From: an uncultured Actinomycetota bacterium
GTDB lineage: Bacteria > Actinomycetota > Actinomycetes > JAHEKZ01
Reading direction: 5' to 3'
Assembly: GCA_963706045.1 (NCBI GenBank)
Contig: CAVPLY010000002.1
Coordinates: forward strand, 159,134-223,133
Length of the DNA: 64,000 nucleotides
Below the pieces are notes generated by a model. That model saw only the letters and a program-made list of their open reading frames with translations, searched no databases and was not told where the DNA came from. The position numbers and the translations under genes were made by a program. How positions within the stretch are numbered: the stretch's first letter is position 1; every line of letters starts with the position of its first letter. This document shows, piece after piece, positions 1 to 8,916 of this stretch.

Positions 1-393
1 GAGCGGAAGCCCGAAGCGGCGAGTGAGCTCGGCCCCCACCCATGCTGCGTCCTCGCTGGGGAGCATGGTGGTGAAGCCACCCTTGGGGCCGATCCGGTCG
101 TTGATGGCACGAACGGTGGCGTCGGGGGAGTGGCCGGCCATGGCGCCGGTGTCACCAAGGGCGAAGTCGACGTAGGTGTGCCCGTCGATGTCGCTGATGC
201 GGTTGCCGTGCGCCTCGTCGAGATAGAGGGGGAACCCTCCGGACCACTTGGTCATCCACGTCATCGGAACCCCGCCGAAGAGGTTCGCGTGGGCGGCCTC
301 GAAAGCTGCTTTGCTGCGGGGATTGTTGGCGGCGTGCGTCGCACGTTCACGCGCGATGAGGCTGGCGAGTCGAGCGCGGTCAAGAGCAGTCAT
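1..393 (-). CDS. Class-III PLP aminotransferase (glutamate-1-semialdehyde aminomutase-like), 5' part only; gene continues past the left edge
   Basis: Own minus-strand translation from ATG at 393-391: MTALDRARLASLIARERATHAANNPRSKAAFEAAHANLFGGVPMTWMTKWSGGFPLYLDEAHGNRISDIDGHTYVDFALGDTGAMAGHSPDATV... It is absent from the ORF track because it is open at the window edge. The N-terminus aligns by eye with the disrupted copy at 50300-51652. Confidence 0.7.
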   Translation of the reverse strand, partial: MTALDRARLASLIARERATHAANNPRSKAAFEAAHANLFGGVPMTWMTKWSGGFPLYLDEAHGNRISDIDGHTYVDFALGDTGAMAGHSPDATVRAINDRIGPKGGFTTMLPSEDAAWVGAELTRRFGLPL

Positions 394-560
394 GGCAACC
401 CCGCAGAAGGAGAGTGTTCGGAAGAGACATCGTCACCATACGATGTTTTCGATGGTTGAACAAGGCTTCTTCTTTGATTTCGATCGCCCTAGAGGACTTC
501 TAGGCCCGGAAGCCGTGTCGCCCTTGCCGCAACGGGGCCATCCTGCCACCATCGCTGCTC

Positions 561-1049
561 GTGTCCGACCTGACCGTCATCTTCGTCTGTATGGGCAACA
601 TCTGTCGATCCCCCATGGCCGCGTCCGTGACGCGCAGCGAGCTGGAGCTGGCGGGTCTGTCCAACGTCAGGGTGAGCAGCGCAGGCACCGGCGGCTGGCA
701 TGTGGGCGACCCCGCCGACCGCAGGGCACGAGCCGCACTGACTCGACGGGGGTACGCCGACGACCATGCTGCCCAGCAGTTCGAGTCGGCTTGGTTCCAC
801 GACTTCGACCTGGTGGTCGCCATGGATCGCGACAATCTGCGCGACCTCCGACGACTGGCGCCCACGCGGGCCTACGCCGACACCGTTCGACTCATGCTCG
901 AGTTCGATCCCGACGCCGAATCGATGGATGTGCCTGACCCCTACTACGGCGCGTCCACCGACTTCGATCTCGTCCTCGATCAGCTCGAGCCCGCCTGCCG
1001 AGGTCTTGTGGCTCATCTCCAGATGGCCCCCCGCGTCCCGCTTTCCTGA
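561..1049 (+). CDS. Low-molecular-weight protein-tyrosine phosphatase
   Basis: 162-aa ORF (GTG start). It has the P-loop VIFVCMGNICRSPMAA (C-X5-R-S signature) and a C-terminal VPDPYYG motif. Confidence 0.9.
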   Translation: MSDLTVIFVCMGNICRSPMAASVTRSELELAGLSNVRVSSAGTGGWHVGDPADRRARAALTRRGYADDHAAQQFESAWFHDFDLVVAMDRDNLRDLRRLAPTRAYADTVRLMLEFDPDAESMDVPDPYYGASTDFDLVLDQLEPACRGLVAHLQMAPRVPLS

Positions 1050-1111
1050 CCCGGCGACCCCACCACCGGTGTCCCTCGGGAGACGCCGGGGCTGCCCGAT
1101 ACCTTCATCCC

Positions 1112-1852
1112 ATGGACAAGCCCCCTCCCTTTGAACCCCTTGACGAAGACTGGGATCGCGCCCTGGTCGTTGTCGCTCACCCCGACGACATGGAGTACGG
1201 CGGTGCGGCCGCCATCGCCAAGTTCACAGCCCAGGGAAAGCAAGTGGTCTACAGCTTGATCACCAGCGGCGAGGCAGGTATCGACGGCCTGTCTCCTGAC
1301 GAATGTGCGCCGGTTCGTGAAGCCGAGCAGCGCGCAGCCTGTCATGCGGTCGGCGTCAGCGAGGTCGAGTTCCTTCGCTTTCCTGATGGAACCCTCGAGT
1401 ACGGGTTGCCGCTGCGCTACGCCATCGCCGCAGCGATTCGGCGGCACCGGCCAGAGATCGTCATCACCACCAACTTCCGGGAGACGTACGGCGGCATGAT
1501 GCTGAACCAGGCCGACCACATCGCCGGAGGCCGGGCGACTCTTGACGCCGCCCGGGACGCCGGTAACCGTTGGGTGTTCCCTGACCTGCTTGCCGCCGGG
1601 CTGGAGCCGTGGCCGGGAGTCCGTCAGGTCTGGGCGGCCGGGTCACCAGATGGTCGCCATGCGGTCGACGTCACCGATTCGTTCGAGGCCGGCGTCGCGT
1701 CGCTCCGCGAGCACCGCGCTTACCTCGACGGCTTGGGTCCAGAGGCACCCGACCCCACCGAGATGCTCGAAGGCATGGCCCGCCAAGCCGGAACCCAGCT
1801 CGGGGTCGCCATGGCAGTATCGATGGAAGTCCTGCCGCTGCAGCTGCTCTAG
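1112..1852 (+). CDS. PIG-L/LmbE family deacetylase (MshB/Mca superfamily)
   Basis: 246-aa ORF with the VVVAHPDDMEYGG (AHPDD-x-E) metal-binding motif typical of the family. Confidence 0.8.
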   Translation: MDKPPPFEPLDEDWDRALVVVAHPDDMEYGGAAAIAKFTAQGKQVVYSLITSGEAGIDGLSPDECAPVREAEQRAACHAVGVSEVEFLRFPDGTLEYGLPLRYAIAAAIRRHRPEIVITTNFRETYGGMMLNQADHIAGGRATLDAARDAGNRWVFPDLLAAGLEPWPGVRQVWAAGSPDGRHAVDVTDSFEAGVASLREHRAYLDGLGPEAPDPTEMLEGMARQAGTQLGVAMAVSMEVLPLQLL

Positions 1853-1908
1853 CCCATGGCCACGTTGCCGATTACCTGGATTTCGCCAGGCAGGTGTGCC
1901 CCAGATCG

Positions 1909-2726
1909 TCATGCAGCAACAGTGAGGAGGGCGACGTCGGTAACGGCCGCCGTCATGACAAGAACGAAGACGGGGCGGTCCATCCGATGGGCGATGACAA
2001 GTGCCGAACCGGCGATCAGGGGCAACGCCACCGCGGCGATGGCTGCGAAGCGTGCCCACCCGCTGAGGCCTAGCTGACTCAACAGCAGAATCCCGGCACC
2101 ACCGAGGACCACCAGAGCGATGACCACCGATGGGCGAGCGCCCAGGCGCTGCGGCAACCCGAGCACGCCAGCTGCTCTGTCGTGGTCGATGTCAGGGGCG
2201 GCGTTGGCAAAGTGCGCCGCCACACCCAGCAGCCCCCCAGCAACCGCCATCCACCATGGGACAGCCACACCCGTGACACCTACCGCATAGAGCGGCAGTG
2301 AGGCGAAGCCGACGAAGTACGGGAGCGGTGACCACGGTGACGACTTCAGAACGAGGTTGTAGGCCCACCCAGACGTGACCAGGACAAGGTGCCACGCACC
2401 CACCCAGCCAGCCAGAAACGACAGCGGCACAGCTGCTGCAGCTGAGGCAAGGGCGGCAGTGCGCAAGGTCGTTGCCGCAACGTCGCCCTGTGCCGCTGGC
2501 TTGTCGAGCCGTCCGGCCGCGGAGTCACGCGCGGCGTCCCACCAGTCATTCGACCAGCCGATCGACACCTGCCCAACCAGCACCGTCGTACCCACGACGA
2601 CCAACCACACAACCTCGAGCCCGGCCAGAGACCGAGCATCACGGCGATCGTCGTGACCGCGGCCGTGGGCCCTGGATGGCAGGCCCGGACCAGCGGCACG
2701 ATGGCTAGGCTCAGACGGTCACTCAA
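1909..2726 (-). CDS. UbiA-family prenyltransferase; reading frame interrupted near the 5' end (about 2610-2640)
   Basis: ORF 1909-2610 is polytopic and carries GQVSIGWSNDWWDAARD...DKP and NAAPDIDHDRAAG motifs. The expected N-terminus (LVRACHPGPTAAVTTIAVMLGL) is encoded in a different frame by ORF 2346-2726 (TTG at 2726). Confidence 0.65.
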
Positions 2727-2823
2727 TGTGGGGGCCCAGCCTTTCCGAGCGCATGAGGCGCTGCGTCAACACTACGACGCAGAGCCGTCGGTCCCCCAGC
2801 ATCAGGCCGCATAGGTTGGCGTC

Positions 2824-3405
2824 ATGCCGATCGAGATCAGGCCCGCGACCGCAGAGCTGTTCGGCGACCTCGAGACCGTCCTGGGCCCGAAGGACCCGGA
2901 GGCCCCCGCCTGCTGGTGCCTGTCCTACCGCGTCAGCAGTGGCGACCCACGACTCAAGAGCGGAACCAGCCGCAGAGCCGTCATGCGCGAGCTCTGCTCG
3001 GTGCCCGTGCCACCCGGTGTTCTCGCTTACCTCGAAGGCGAGGTCGTTGGCTGGTGCTCGGTGAGTCCTCGTAGCAGCTACCACCGCCTGGTGCACTCGC
3101 GAGTGATTCCGACAGTCGACGACCAGCCAGTGTGGAGCGTGGTCTGTTTCGTGGTTCGGCCCGGATTCCGTCGTCAGGGCGTGGCCGTGGAGCTCCTCGA
3201 GGGGGCCGTTGCCTTCGCACGGGACAACGGGGCAACGATCCTCGAGGGCTACCCGGCCGACAACGCGGGCAAACGGCTGAGTGGGTCCCTTGCCTACACC
3301 GGAACCCGTTCACTCTTCGAGCGGGTGGGTTTCGCGGTGGTCGCAAGCACCACAAGCAGGACTGGCGGTGTACCGCGGGTGGTGATGAGACGGGACATCG
3401 AGTGA
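2824..3405 (+). CDS. GNAT family N-acetyltransferase
   Basis: 193-aa ORF with an acetyl-CoA binding motif, VVRPGFRRQGVAVELLEGAVAFAR (R-x-x-G-x-A type). Confidence 0.75.
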   Translation: MPIEIRPATAELFGDLETVLGPKDPEAPACWCLSYRVSSGDPRLKSGTSRRAVMRELCSVPVPPGVLAYLEGEVVGWCSVSPRSSYHRLVHSRVIPTVDDQPVWSVVCFVVRPGFRRQGVAVELLEGAVAFARDNGATILEGYPADNAGKRLSGSLAYTGTRSLFERVGFAVVASTTSRTGGVPRVVMRRDIE

Positions 3406-3426
3406 GCGATCGGCGAGGGACGCTTC

Positions 3427-4797
3427 TCAGCCGTGCGCCATATCGACGAAGCGTGAGTAGTGACCCTGAAACGCCACGGTGATGGTGGCGGTGGGGCCAT
3501 TGCGGTGCTTGGCAACGATGAAGTCGGCCTCACCTGCGCGCGGAGACTCACGCTCATAGGCATCCTCGCGGTGGAGCAGGATGACCATGTCTGAGTCTTG
3601 CTCGATCGAGCCGGACTCACGCAGGTCGGAGAGCATCGGCTTCTTGTCGGTGCGCTGCTCAGGCCCGCGGTTGAGCTGGCTGAGGGCCACCACCGGCACC
3701 TCGAGCTCTTTGGCGAGCAGCTTGAGGGCGCGCGAGAACTCAGCAACCTCTTGCTGGCGACTCTCGACCCGCTTGCCGCTGCTCATCAGCTGCAGGTAGT
3801 CGACGACGACCAGCTTGAGGTCGTGGCGCTGCTTCAGCCGTCGACACTTGGCTCTGATCTCCATCATCGTCATGTTCGGGCTGTCGTCGATGAAGAGCGG
3901 GGCGCTGGCCACCTCGGACATCTTGCGGGCGAGCTTGGTCCAGTCGTCGTCACCGAGTCCGCCGGTGCGCATGTGGTGCAGACCGACTCGCGCCTCGGCC
4001 GAGAGCAGTCGCATCGTGATTTCTTGGCGGGTCATTTCGAGAGAGAAGATGACGCTGGTGAGTCCGCCCTTGATGGACGCCGCGCGGGCGAAGTCGAGCG
4101 CGAGCGTGGACTTTCCCAGACCGGGCCGTGCTGCCACCACAATGAGCTGCCCTGGGTGCAGGCCGTTGGTCAAACCGTCGAGATCGGTGAAGCCGGTGGG
4201 GACCCCGACCATCGTGCCGCCCCTGGAACCGATCGCTTCGATCTCGTCGAGCGTGCCCTCCATGATCTCGGCCAGCGGCGCGTAGTCCTCGCTGGTGCGA
4301 CGCTCGGTGACTTGGTAGATCTCGGCTTGAGCGCGGTCGACGACCTCGTCGACCTCACCGGTATCGGCGTACCCCATCTGCGTGATGCGGGTGCCGGCCT
4401 CGACGAGGCGGCGCAGAATCGCGCGCTCAGACACGATTCGGGCGTAATAGCCGGCGTTTGCGGCCGTTGGCACTGACGAAATCAGCGTGTGCAGGTAGGG
4501 GGCGCCGCCGACACGTCCGAGCTCGCCACGCTTGGTCAGCTCTCCGGAGAGTGTGATGGCGTCAGCGGGTTCACCACGCCCATAGAGGTCGAGGATCGCC
4601 TCATAGATCGTCTGGTGTGCGGGCTTGTAGAAATCTCCGCCACGAAGACTCTCGACGACGTCGGCGATCGCGTCCTTGGAGAGCAGCATGCCGCCAAGCA
4701 CGCTCTGCTCGGCTTCAAGATCTTGCGGAGGGGTGCGGTCAAAGGAGGTGAAGGAAGTGTCGTGCTCTCGTCGGCCTGGCAACTCAGCGACCGTCAC
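3427..4797 (-). CDS. dnaB: Replicative DNA helicase DnaB
   Basis: 456-aa ORF. N-terminal PPQDLEAEQSVLGGMLLS, Walker A ARPGLGKSTLAL, and C-terminal RNGPTATITVAFQGHYSRF are all typical DnaB signatures. Confidence 0.95.
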   Translation of the reverse strand: MTVAELPGRREHDTSFTSFDRTPPQDLEAEQSVLGGMLLSKDAIADVVESLRGGDFYKPAHQTIYEAILDLYGRGEPADAITLSGELTKRGELGRVGGAPYLHTLISSVPTAANAGYYARIVSERAILRRLVEAGTRITQMGYADTGEVDEVVDRAQAEIYQVTERRTSEDYAPLAEIMEGTLDEIEAIGSRGGTMVGVPTGFTDLDGLTNGLHPGQLIVVAARPGLGKSTLALDFARAASIKGGLTSVIFSLEMTRQEITMRLLSAEARVGLHHMRTGGLGDDDWTKLARKMSEVASAPLFIDDSPNMTMMEIRAKCRRLKQRHDLKLVVVDYLQLMSSGKRVESRQQEVAEFSRALKLLAKELEVPVVALSQLNRGPEQRTDKKPMLSDLRESGSIEQDSDMVILLHREDAYERESPRAGEADFIVAKHRNGPTATITVAFQGHYSRFVDMAHG

Positions 4798-5129
4798 CGG
4801 CGACCTCGCTCTCGGTTAGATCTGACTGCTGGATGGCGTACGCGGCGTTGCAGGCTCCGATGGGCCAAGGGCCCGCCGACGCCAAGGGACGTTCTACCGG
4901 GCGGGTCCGACAGTCCCCAAACCTGCCTGTGGACAAAACTGTTGACAACCGGCCCTACCCTGGGGAAATCCCGCCTCAGAACGGGGAAGCACCTGGGGAC
5001 GCCGTTGGGGATTGTTGAGTGGCTCGGCGACACCCCGCCGCTGACCTGCACGATCGGTATCCACCCCTGTGGACAGAAGATCGAAACCCGCATTCTCACA
5101 TGTTGGACACCCAGGGAGGCCCAGATGCT

Positions 5130-5173
5130 GAACGCGGGAGTGAGCGCCAGATGAGGCGTTCACTCCCGCGTTC
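5130..5173 (-). terminator. Hairpin 3' of rplI (putative intrinsic terminator, no clear U-tract)
   Basis: The 19-nt arms gaacgcgggagtgagcgcc (5130-5148) and ggcgttcactcccgcgttc (5155-5173) are reverse complements with one mismatch. The hairpin lies 15 nt downstream of the rplI stop. Confidence 0.5.
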
Positions 5174-5187
5174 AGGGAGAGCGGAGA

Positions 5188-5637
5188 TCAGGCAGAAGCG
5201 ACGACGTTGACCTCGACGTCGGCGTCGACCTCGGGGTGGAGCGCCACCGTGACCTGGTGGGCGCCCACCGACTTGATGGGTACGGCTACCTGCACCGACC
5301 GCTTGTCGAGCGTCGGCCCGCCAGCTGCGGAGACGGCTCCGACGATGTCAGCGGCGGTAACGGCTCCGAAGAGGCGTCCGGCATCGCCGGCCTTGACCTC
5401 AAGGGTCACCGACAGTGCGGCAAGTTCCGCCTTGACCTCGTTGGCGTGGCCGAGGTCGTGGATCGCCCGGGCGTCGCGCGAGCGCTTGATCGTGGTGATC
5501 TGCTTCTCGCCGCCGCGCGACCATGGAAGCGCCAGGCCTCGGGGCAGCAGGAAGTTGCGGCCGTAGCCGTCCTTGACCTCAACGACGTCGCCCGGCGCAC
5601 CGAGTCCGTTGACGTCCTGGGTGAGGATGAGTTTCAT
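5188..5637 (-). CDS. rplI: 50S ribosomal protein L9
   Basis: 149-aa ORF starting [36 protein letters not shown]. Confidence 0.95.
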   Translation of the reverse strand: MKLILTQDVNGLGAPGDVVEVKDGYGRNFLLPRGLALPWSRGGEKQITTIKRSRDARAIHDLGHANEVKAELAALSVTLEVKAGDAGRLFGAVTAADIVGAVSAAGGPTLDKRSVQVAVPIKSVGAHQVTVALHPEVDADVEVNVVASA

Positions 5638-5669
5638 CTCGTAGCCCTTTCTTGAGCGTCTCGCCGTTG

Positions 5670-5906
5670 TCAGCGGGCCGTTGACGAGTACGGCATCAGG
5701 GCCATCTCGCGGCTGTTCTTGATCGCCATTGCAATGTCGCGCTGATGCTGTGTGCAGTTGCCGGTCACGCGGCGAGCGCGGATCTTGCCACGGTCTGACA
5801 CGAACTTGCGCAGCAAGGTGGTGTCTTTGTAGTCGATCGTCTGCGGGTTCTTCTTGCAGAACTGGCAGACCTTCTTCTTCGGCTTCCTGAGCGGAGGCTT
5901 GGCCAT
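5670..5906 (-). CDS. rpsR: 30S ribosomal protein S18
   Basis: 78-aa ORF containing [50 protein letters not shown]. Confidence 0.95.
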   Translation of the reverse strand: MAKPPLRKPKKKVCQFCKKNPQTIDYKDTTLLRKFVSDRGKIRARRVTGNCTQHQRDIAMAIKNSREMALMPYSSTAR

Positions 5907-5979
5907 CGTGGTGCTCCTGTGTGTTCAGGGCCCCGCAGCTGCGGGGATGGGGTGAATGGGGATTGGTCCCGACAGCGGG

Positions 5980-6459
5980 TTAGAAGGGTGGCTCGTCGTC
6001 AGCTGGCGCCGCGGACGCCCACGGGTCAGCGGCAGGAGCTGACGGCTGCGAACCGCCGCCGCCTCCACCGAAGCCGCCACCGCCACTGCCACCGCGAGTG
6101 ACCTTGGTGACCTTGGCGGTCGCGTACTTGAGCGACGGGCCGACCTCGTCGACATCGAGCTCGTACACCGTGCGCTTCTCGCCCTCACGGGTCTCGTACG
6201 ACCGTTGCTTGAGGCGGCCCTGCACGATGACACGGGCACCCTTGGTGAGGGTCTCGGCGACATTCTCAGCAGCCTGACGCCAGATCGAGCAGCGCAGGAA
6301 GAGGGCGTCGCCGTCCTTCCAGTCGTTGGTGTTCTTGTCGAAGAAGCGCGGGGTCGACGCCACCGTGAAGTTGGCAACGGCCGCGCCGGACGATGTGAAC
6401 CGCAGCTCGGGGTCGTCGGTCAGGTTGCCGACGACGGTGATGACGGTATCTCCGGCCAT
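5980..6459 (-). CDS. ssb: Single-stranded DNA-binding protein
   Basis: 159-aa ORF starting [38 protein letters not shown], with a Gly-rich tail ending DDEPPF. Confidence 0.95.
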   Translation of the reverse strand: MAGDTVITVVGNLTDDPELRFTSSGAAVANFTVASTPRFFDKNTNDWKDGDALFLRCSIWRQAAENVAETLTKGARVIVQGRLKQRSYETREGEKRTVYELDVDEVGPSLKYATAKVTKVTRGGSGGGGFGGGGGGSQPSAPAADPWASAAPADDEPPF

Positions 6460-6465
6460 GACGCC

Positions 6466-6756
6466 CTACTTCCCGTCCTTGCGGACGACCTTGGTCCGCA
6501 GCACGGTCTCGGTGAGGTTCAGCTGGCGGTCAAGCTCTTTGACCGTGTCGGGCTGAGCCTTCATGTCGACGACTGCGTAGATGCCGTCGCTCTTCTTGGC
6601 GATCTCGTGCGCGAGACGCCGACGGCCCCAGATGTCGACCTTGTCGACAGTGCCGCCGTCATTGCGGATGACGTTGAGGAACTGCTCAAGTGACGGAGCG
6701 ACGGTGCGCTCTTCGACATCGGGGTCAAGGATGACCATCAGTTCGTACTGACGCAT
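6466..6756 (-). CDS. rpsF: 30S ribosomal protein S6
   Basis: This is the last 96 codons of track ORF 6466-7359: [19 protein letters not shown]...[12 protein letters not shown]. The ATG is at 6756-6754. The upstream part of the long ORF is antisense to xthA. Confidence 0.9.
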   Translation of the reverse strand: MRQYELMVILDPDVEERTVAPSLEQFLNVIRNDGGTVDKVDIWGRRRLAHEIAKKSDGIYAVVDMKAQPDTVKELDRQLNLTETVLRTKVVRKDGK

Positions 6757-6954
6757 GCGTTCTCCACCTCCTTCGGACTCGAAGCGGTCACGGACGTTCC
6801 GTGACAGGAGGGCTATGCGATCGTTGCTGGTCGGCGAGCGCGGATGCCCGGGAACAGCCTGGCAAGGGTACCGGCCAGAGGGGCGTCCGACGAAATCGGC
6901 TGTGGACCGGGCCACTCCGGCGCCACTGTGGACGGACCCGCATAGGCTGACGCG

Positions 6955-7740
6955 GTGCGCATAGCCACCTGGAACGTCAACTCGATCACTGCTCGCCTCC
7001 CGCGAGTCATCGACTGGCTGAAGGAGACCGGCACCGACGTCCTCTGTCTGCAGGAGACCAAGGTGGCGGCCGACAAGTTCCCTTCCGATGCCTTCGACGA
7101 CATCGGCTACGAGGTGGCCCACCACGGTCAGGGCCGCTGGAACGGCGTCGCGGTGATCAGCCGGGTGGGGATCACTGACATCGAACGGGGGTTTGCCTCC
7201 GACCCAGGTTTTCCCGATGCCGCCACCCTGGAAGCCCGCGCCATCGCTGCCACGTGTGGCGGCGTCCGCGTCTGGTCGCTCTATGTGCCGAACGGTCGGA
7301 CTCCCGACGATCCGCACTACACCTACAAGCTGGCCTGGTTCGCTGCGCTCACCGCCCACCTGGAGCAGCAGGTCTCTTCACCGACACCCCTTGCTGTCGT
7401 CGGTGACTTCAACGTCGCCCCCACCGATGATGATGTGTGGGATGCAGCCAGCTTCGTTGATGCCACTCACGTGACGGACGCCGAGCGGGCTGCGTTCAAG
7501 GCGGTCACGTCGCTCGGGTTGAACGACGTCTTCCCGAGGGCGCTCAAGGGCGACCACCCCTTCACCTTCTGGGACTACCGCGACGGCGCCTTTCATCGTG
7601 GCATGGGTATGCGCATCGACTTCGTCCTCGCCAACGAGACGCTGAAGCGCGCAGTGACCGACGCGTACGTCGACCGCGAGGCGCGAAAAGGCAAAGGTGC
7701 CAGTGACCACGCACCAATCGTGGTCGACCTCGACCTCTGA
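6955..7740 (+). CDS. xthA: Exodeoxyribonuclease III (AP endonuclease)
   Basis: 261-aa ORF (GTG start) with [36 protein letters not shown] and a C-terminal [12 protein letters not shown]. Confidence 0.9.
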   Translation: MRIATWNVNSITARLPRVIDWLKETGTDVLCLQETKVAADKFPSDAFDDIGYEVAHHGQGRWNGVAVISRVGITDIERGFASDPGFPDAATLEARAIAATCGGVRVWSLYVPNGRTPDDPHYTYKLAWFAALTAHLEQQVSSPTPLAVVGDFNVAPTDDDVWDAASFVDATHVTDAERAAFKAVTSLGLNDVFPRALKGDHPFTFWDYRDGAFHRGMGMRIDFVLANETLKRAVTDAYVDREARKGKGASDHAPIVVDLDL

Positions 7741-7795
7741 GTGTGCCGGGTCGGTGCCCCAAGGGGGCGCCGACTTCCGCACTAGGCTGGCCGCC

Positions 7796-8914
7796 GTGAA
7801 CCAGTCCCTCGTGGTCCGCCCGATCACTGCGGAGGAACATCTCGCCGTGGTCACCGACCGCAGCGGCTCGTTCCTGCAGACCCCTGCCTGGGGTGAGGTC
7901 AAGTCGGATTGGACGCACGAAAGCCTGGGGTGGTTCGAAGGAGCTGACCTTGTCGGCGCCGCCCTCGTTCTCTACCGCACGGTGCCACGCACTCGTCGGG
8001 CTCTGGCCTATCTGCCCGAAGGACCGGTCGTTGACTGGGACCGGTACCGGACAACGAGCATCACCACGCCACTCCTCGAGCATCTCCGCGGCCAGAAGGT
8101 CTTCTCGGTCAAGATGGGGCCTCCCGTCGAGTCCCGGCGATGGAAGGCCACCACTCTCAAGGCTGGGATTGCCGACGACGAGTCGCACCGGCTTTCCGAC
8201 CTGATCCCTGACTCCACGTCGGACACCGCCAATCACGTGGTCGACGCCCTCACCGAAGGAGGATGGACACGCCAGAGCTCTGGTACTGGCTTCGGTGACT
8301 TCCAACCCCGATATGTCTTTCAGGTGCCGCTAGCCGGCCGCACGTTGGACGACGTCTTCAGTGGCTTCAACCAGTTGTGGCGACGAAATGTTCGCAAGTC
8401 GCAGAAGGCGGGCGTCGAGGTGCGCCGAGGTGAGGCCGACGACCTTCCAGCATTCCACGAGGTCTATGTCGAGACTGCTGAGCGCGACGGTTTCACCCCT
8501 CGTCCCCTCAGCTACTTCCAGCGGATGTGGAAGGCCATGCGAACGGAGGGGGGCGACGACCGACTTCGCCTGTACCTCGCCGCCCACGAGGGACGACTGC
8601 TCGCGGCCACTACTTGGGTCAGGGTGGGCGCCCATGTTTGGTACAGCTACGGAGCGTCGTCAAACGAGGGTCGCGAGCTGCGTCCGAGCAATGCGATCCA
8701 GTGGCGCATGATCGAAGACGCCCATGGTGCGGGTGCCAGCGTGTACGACCTTCGAGGCATCACCGACACGGTCGACACCAACGACCCGCTCTTTGGACTC
8801 ATCCAGTTCAAGGTAGGAACAGGAGGCGAGGCCGTCGAGTACGTGGGTGAATGGGACTATCCCTTGAACCGAATGCTCCATAAGGCCTTCACCTACTACT
8901 TGGGACGCCGTTAG
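7796..8914 (+). CDS. FemAB-family peptidoglycan bridge-formation protein (lipid II aminoacyl-transferase, FemX-like)
   Basis: Part of ORF 7697-8914. The likely start is the in-frame GTG at 7796 (VNQSLVVRPITAEEHL...), which avoids overlap with xthA. Motifs include FLQTPAWGEVKSDW, AYLPEGPVVDW and FKVGTGGEAVEYVGEWDYP. Confidence 0.75.
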   Translation: MNQSLVVRPITAEEHLAVVTDRSGSFLQTPAWGEVKSDWTHESLGWFEGADLVGAALVLYRTVPRTRRALAYLPEGPVVDWDRYRTTSITTPLLEHLRGQKVFSVKMGPPVESRRWKATTLKAGIADDESHRLSDLIPDSTSDTANHVVDALTEGGWTRQSSGTGFGDFQPRYVFQVPLAGRTLDDVFSGFNQLWRRNVRKSQKAGVEVRRGEADDLPAFHEVYVETAERDGFTPRPLSYFQRMWKAMRTEGGDDRLRLYLAAHEGRLLAATTWVRVGAHVWYSYGASSNEGRELRPSNAIQWRMIEDAHGAGASVYDLRGITDTVDTNDPLFGLIQFKVGTGGEAVEYVGEWDYPLNRMLHKAFTYYLGRR

Positions 8915-8916
8915 TC

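Noticed and set aside
2727-3426. DarT/DarG-type toxin-antitoxin pair downstream of dnaB (as found next to dnaB in M. tuberculosis)
   Set aside because: The only gene there is a plus-strand GNAT acetyltransferase. No macrodomain or DarT-like ORF is present.
3598-4476. 292-aa plus-strand ORF
   Set aside because: It is antisense to dnaB, so it is a shadow ORF.
4962-5010. Four GGGG runs (4962, 4983, 4995, 5007) as a possible G-quadruplex in the dnaB leader
   Set aside because: The loops are 17, 8 and 8 nt, longer than the canonical maximum of 7 nt. G-runs are common at this GC content, so this is not distinguishable from background by eye.
6757-7359. Upstream 200 codons of the 297-aa ORF that ends as rpsF
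   Set aside because: Only the last 96 codons are S6. The remainder is antisense to xthA and crosses the intergenic leader.
7697-7795. Long start for the FemX-like gene overlapping xthA by 44 nt
   Set aside because: The extension has no FemAB similarity. The GTG at 7796 gives a family-typical N-terminus and avoids the overlap.
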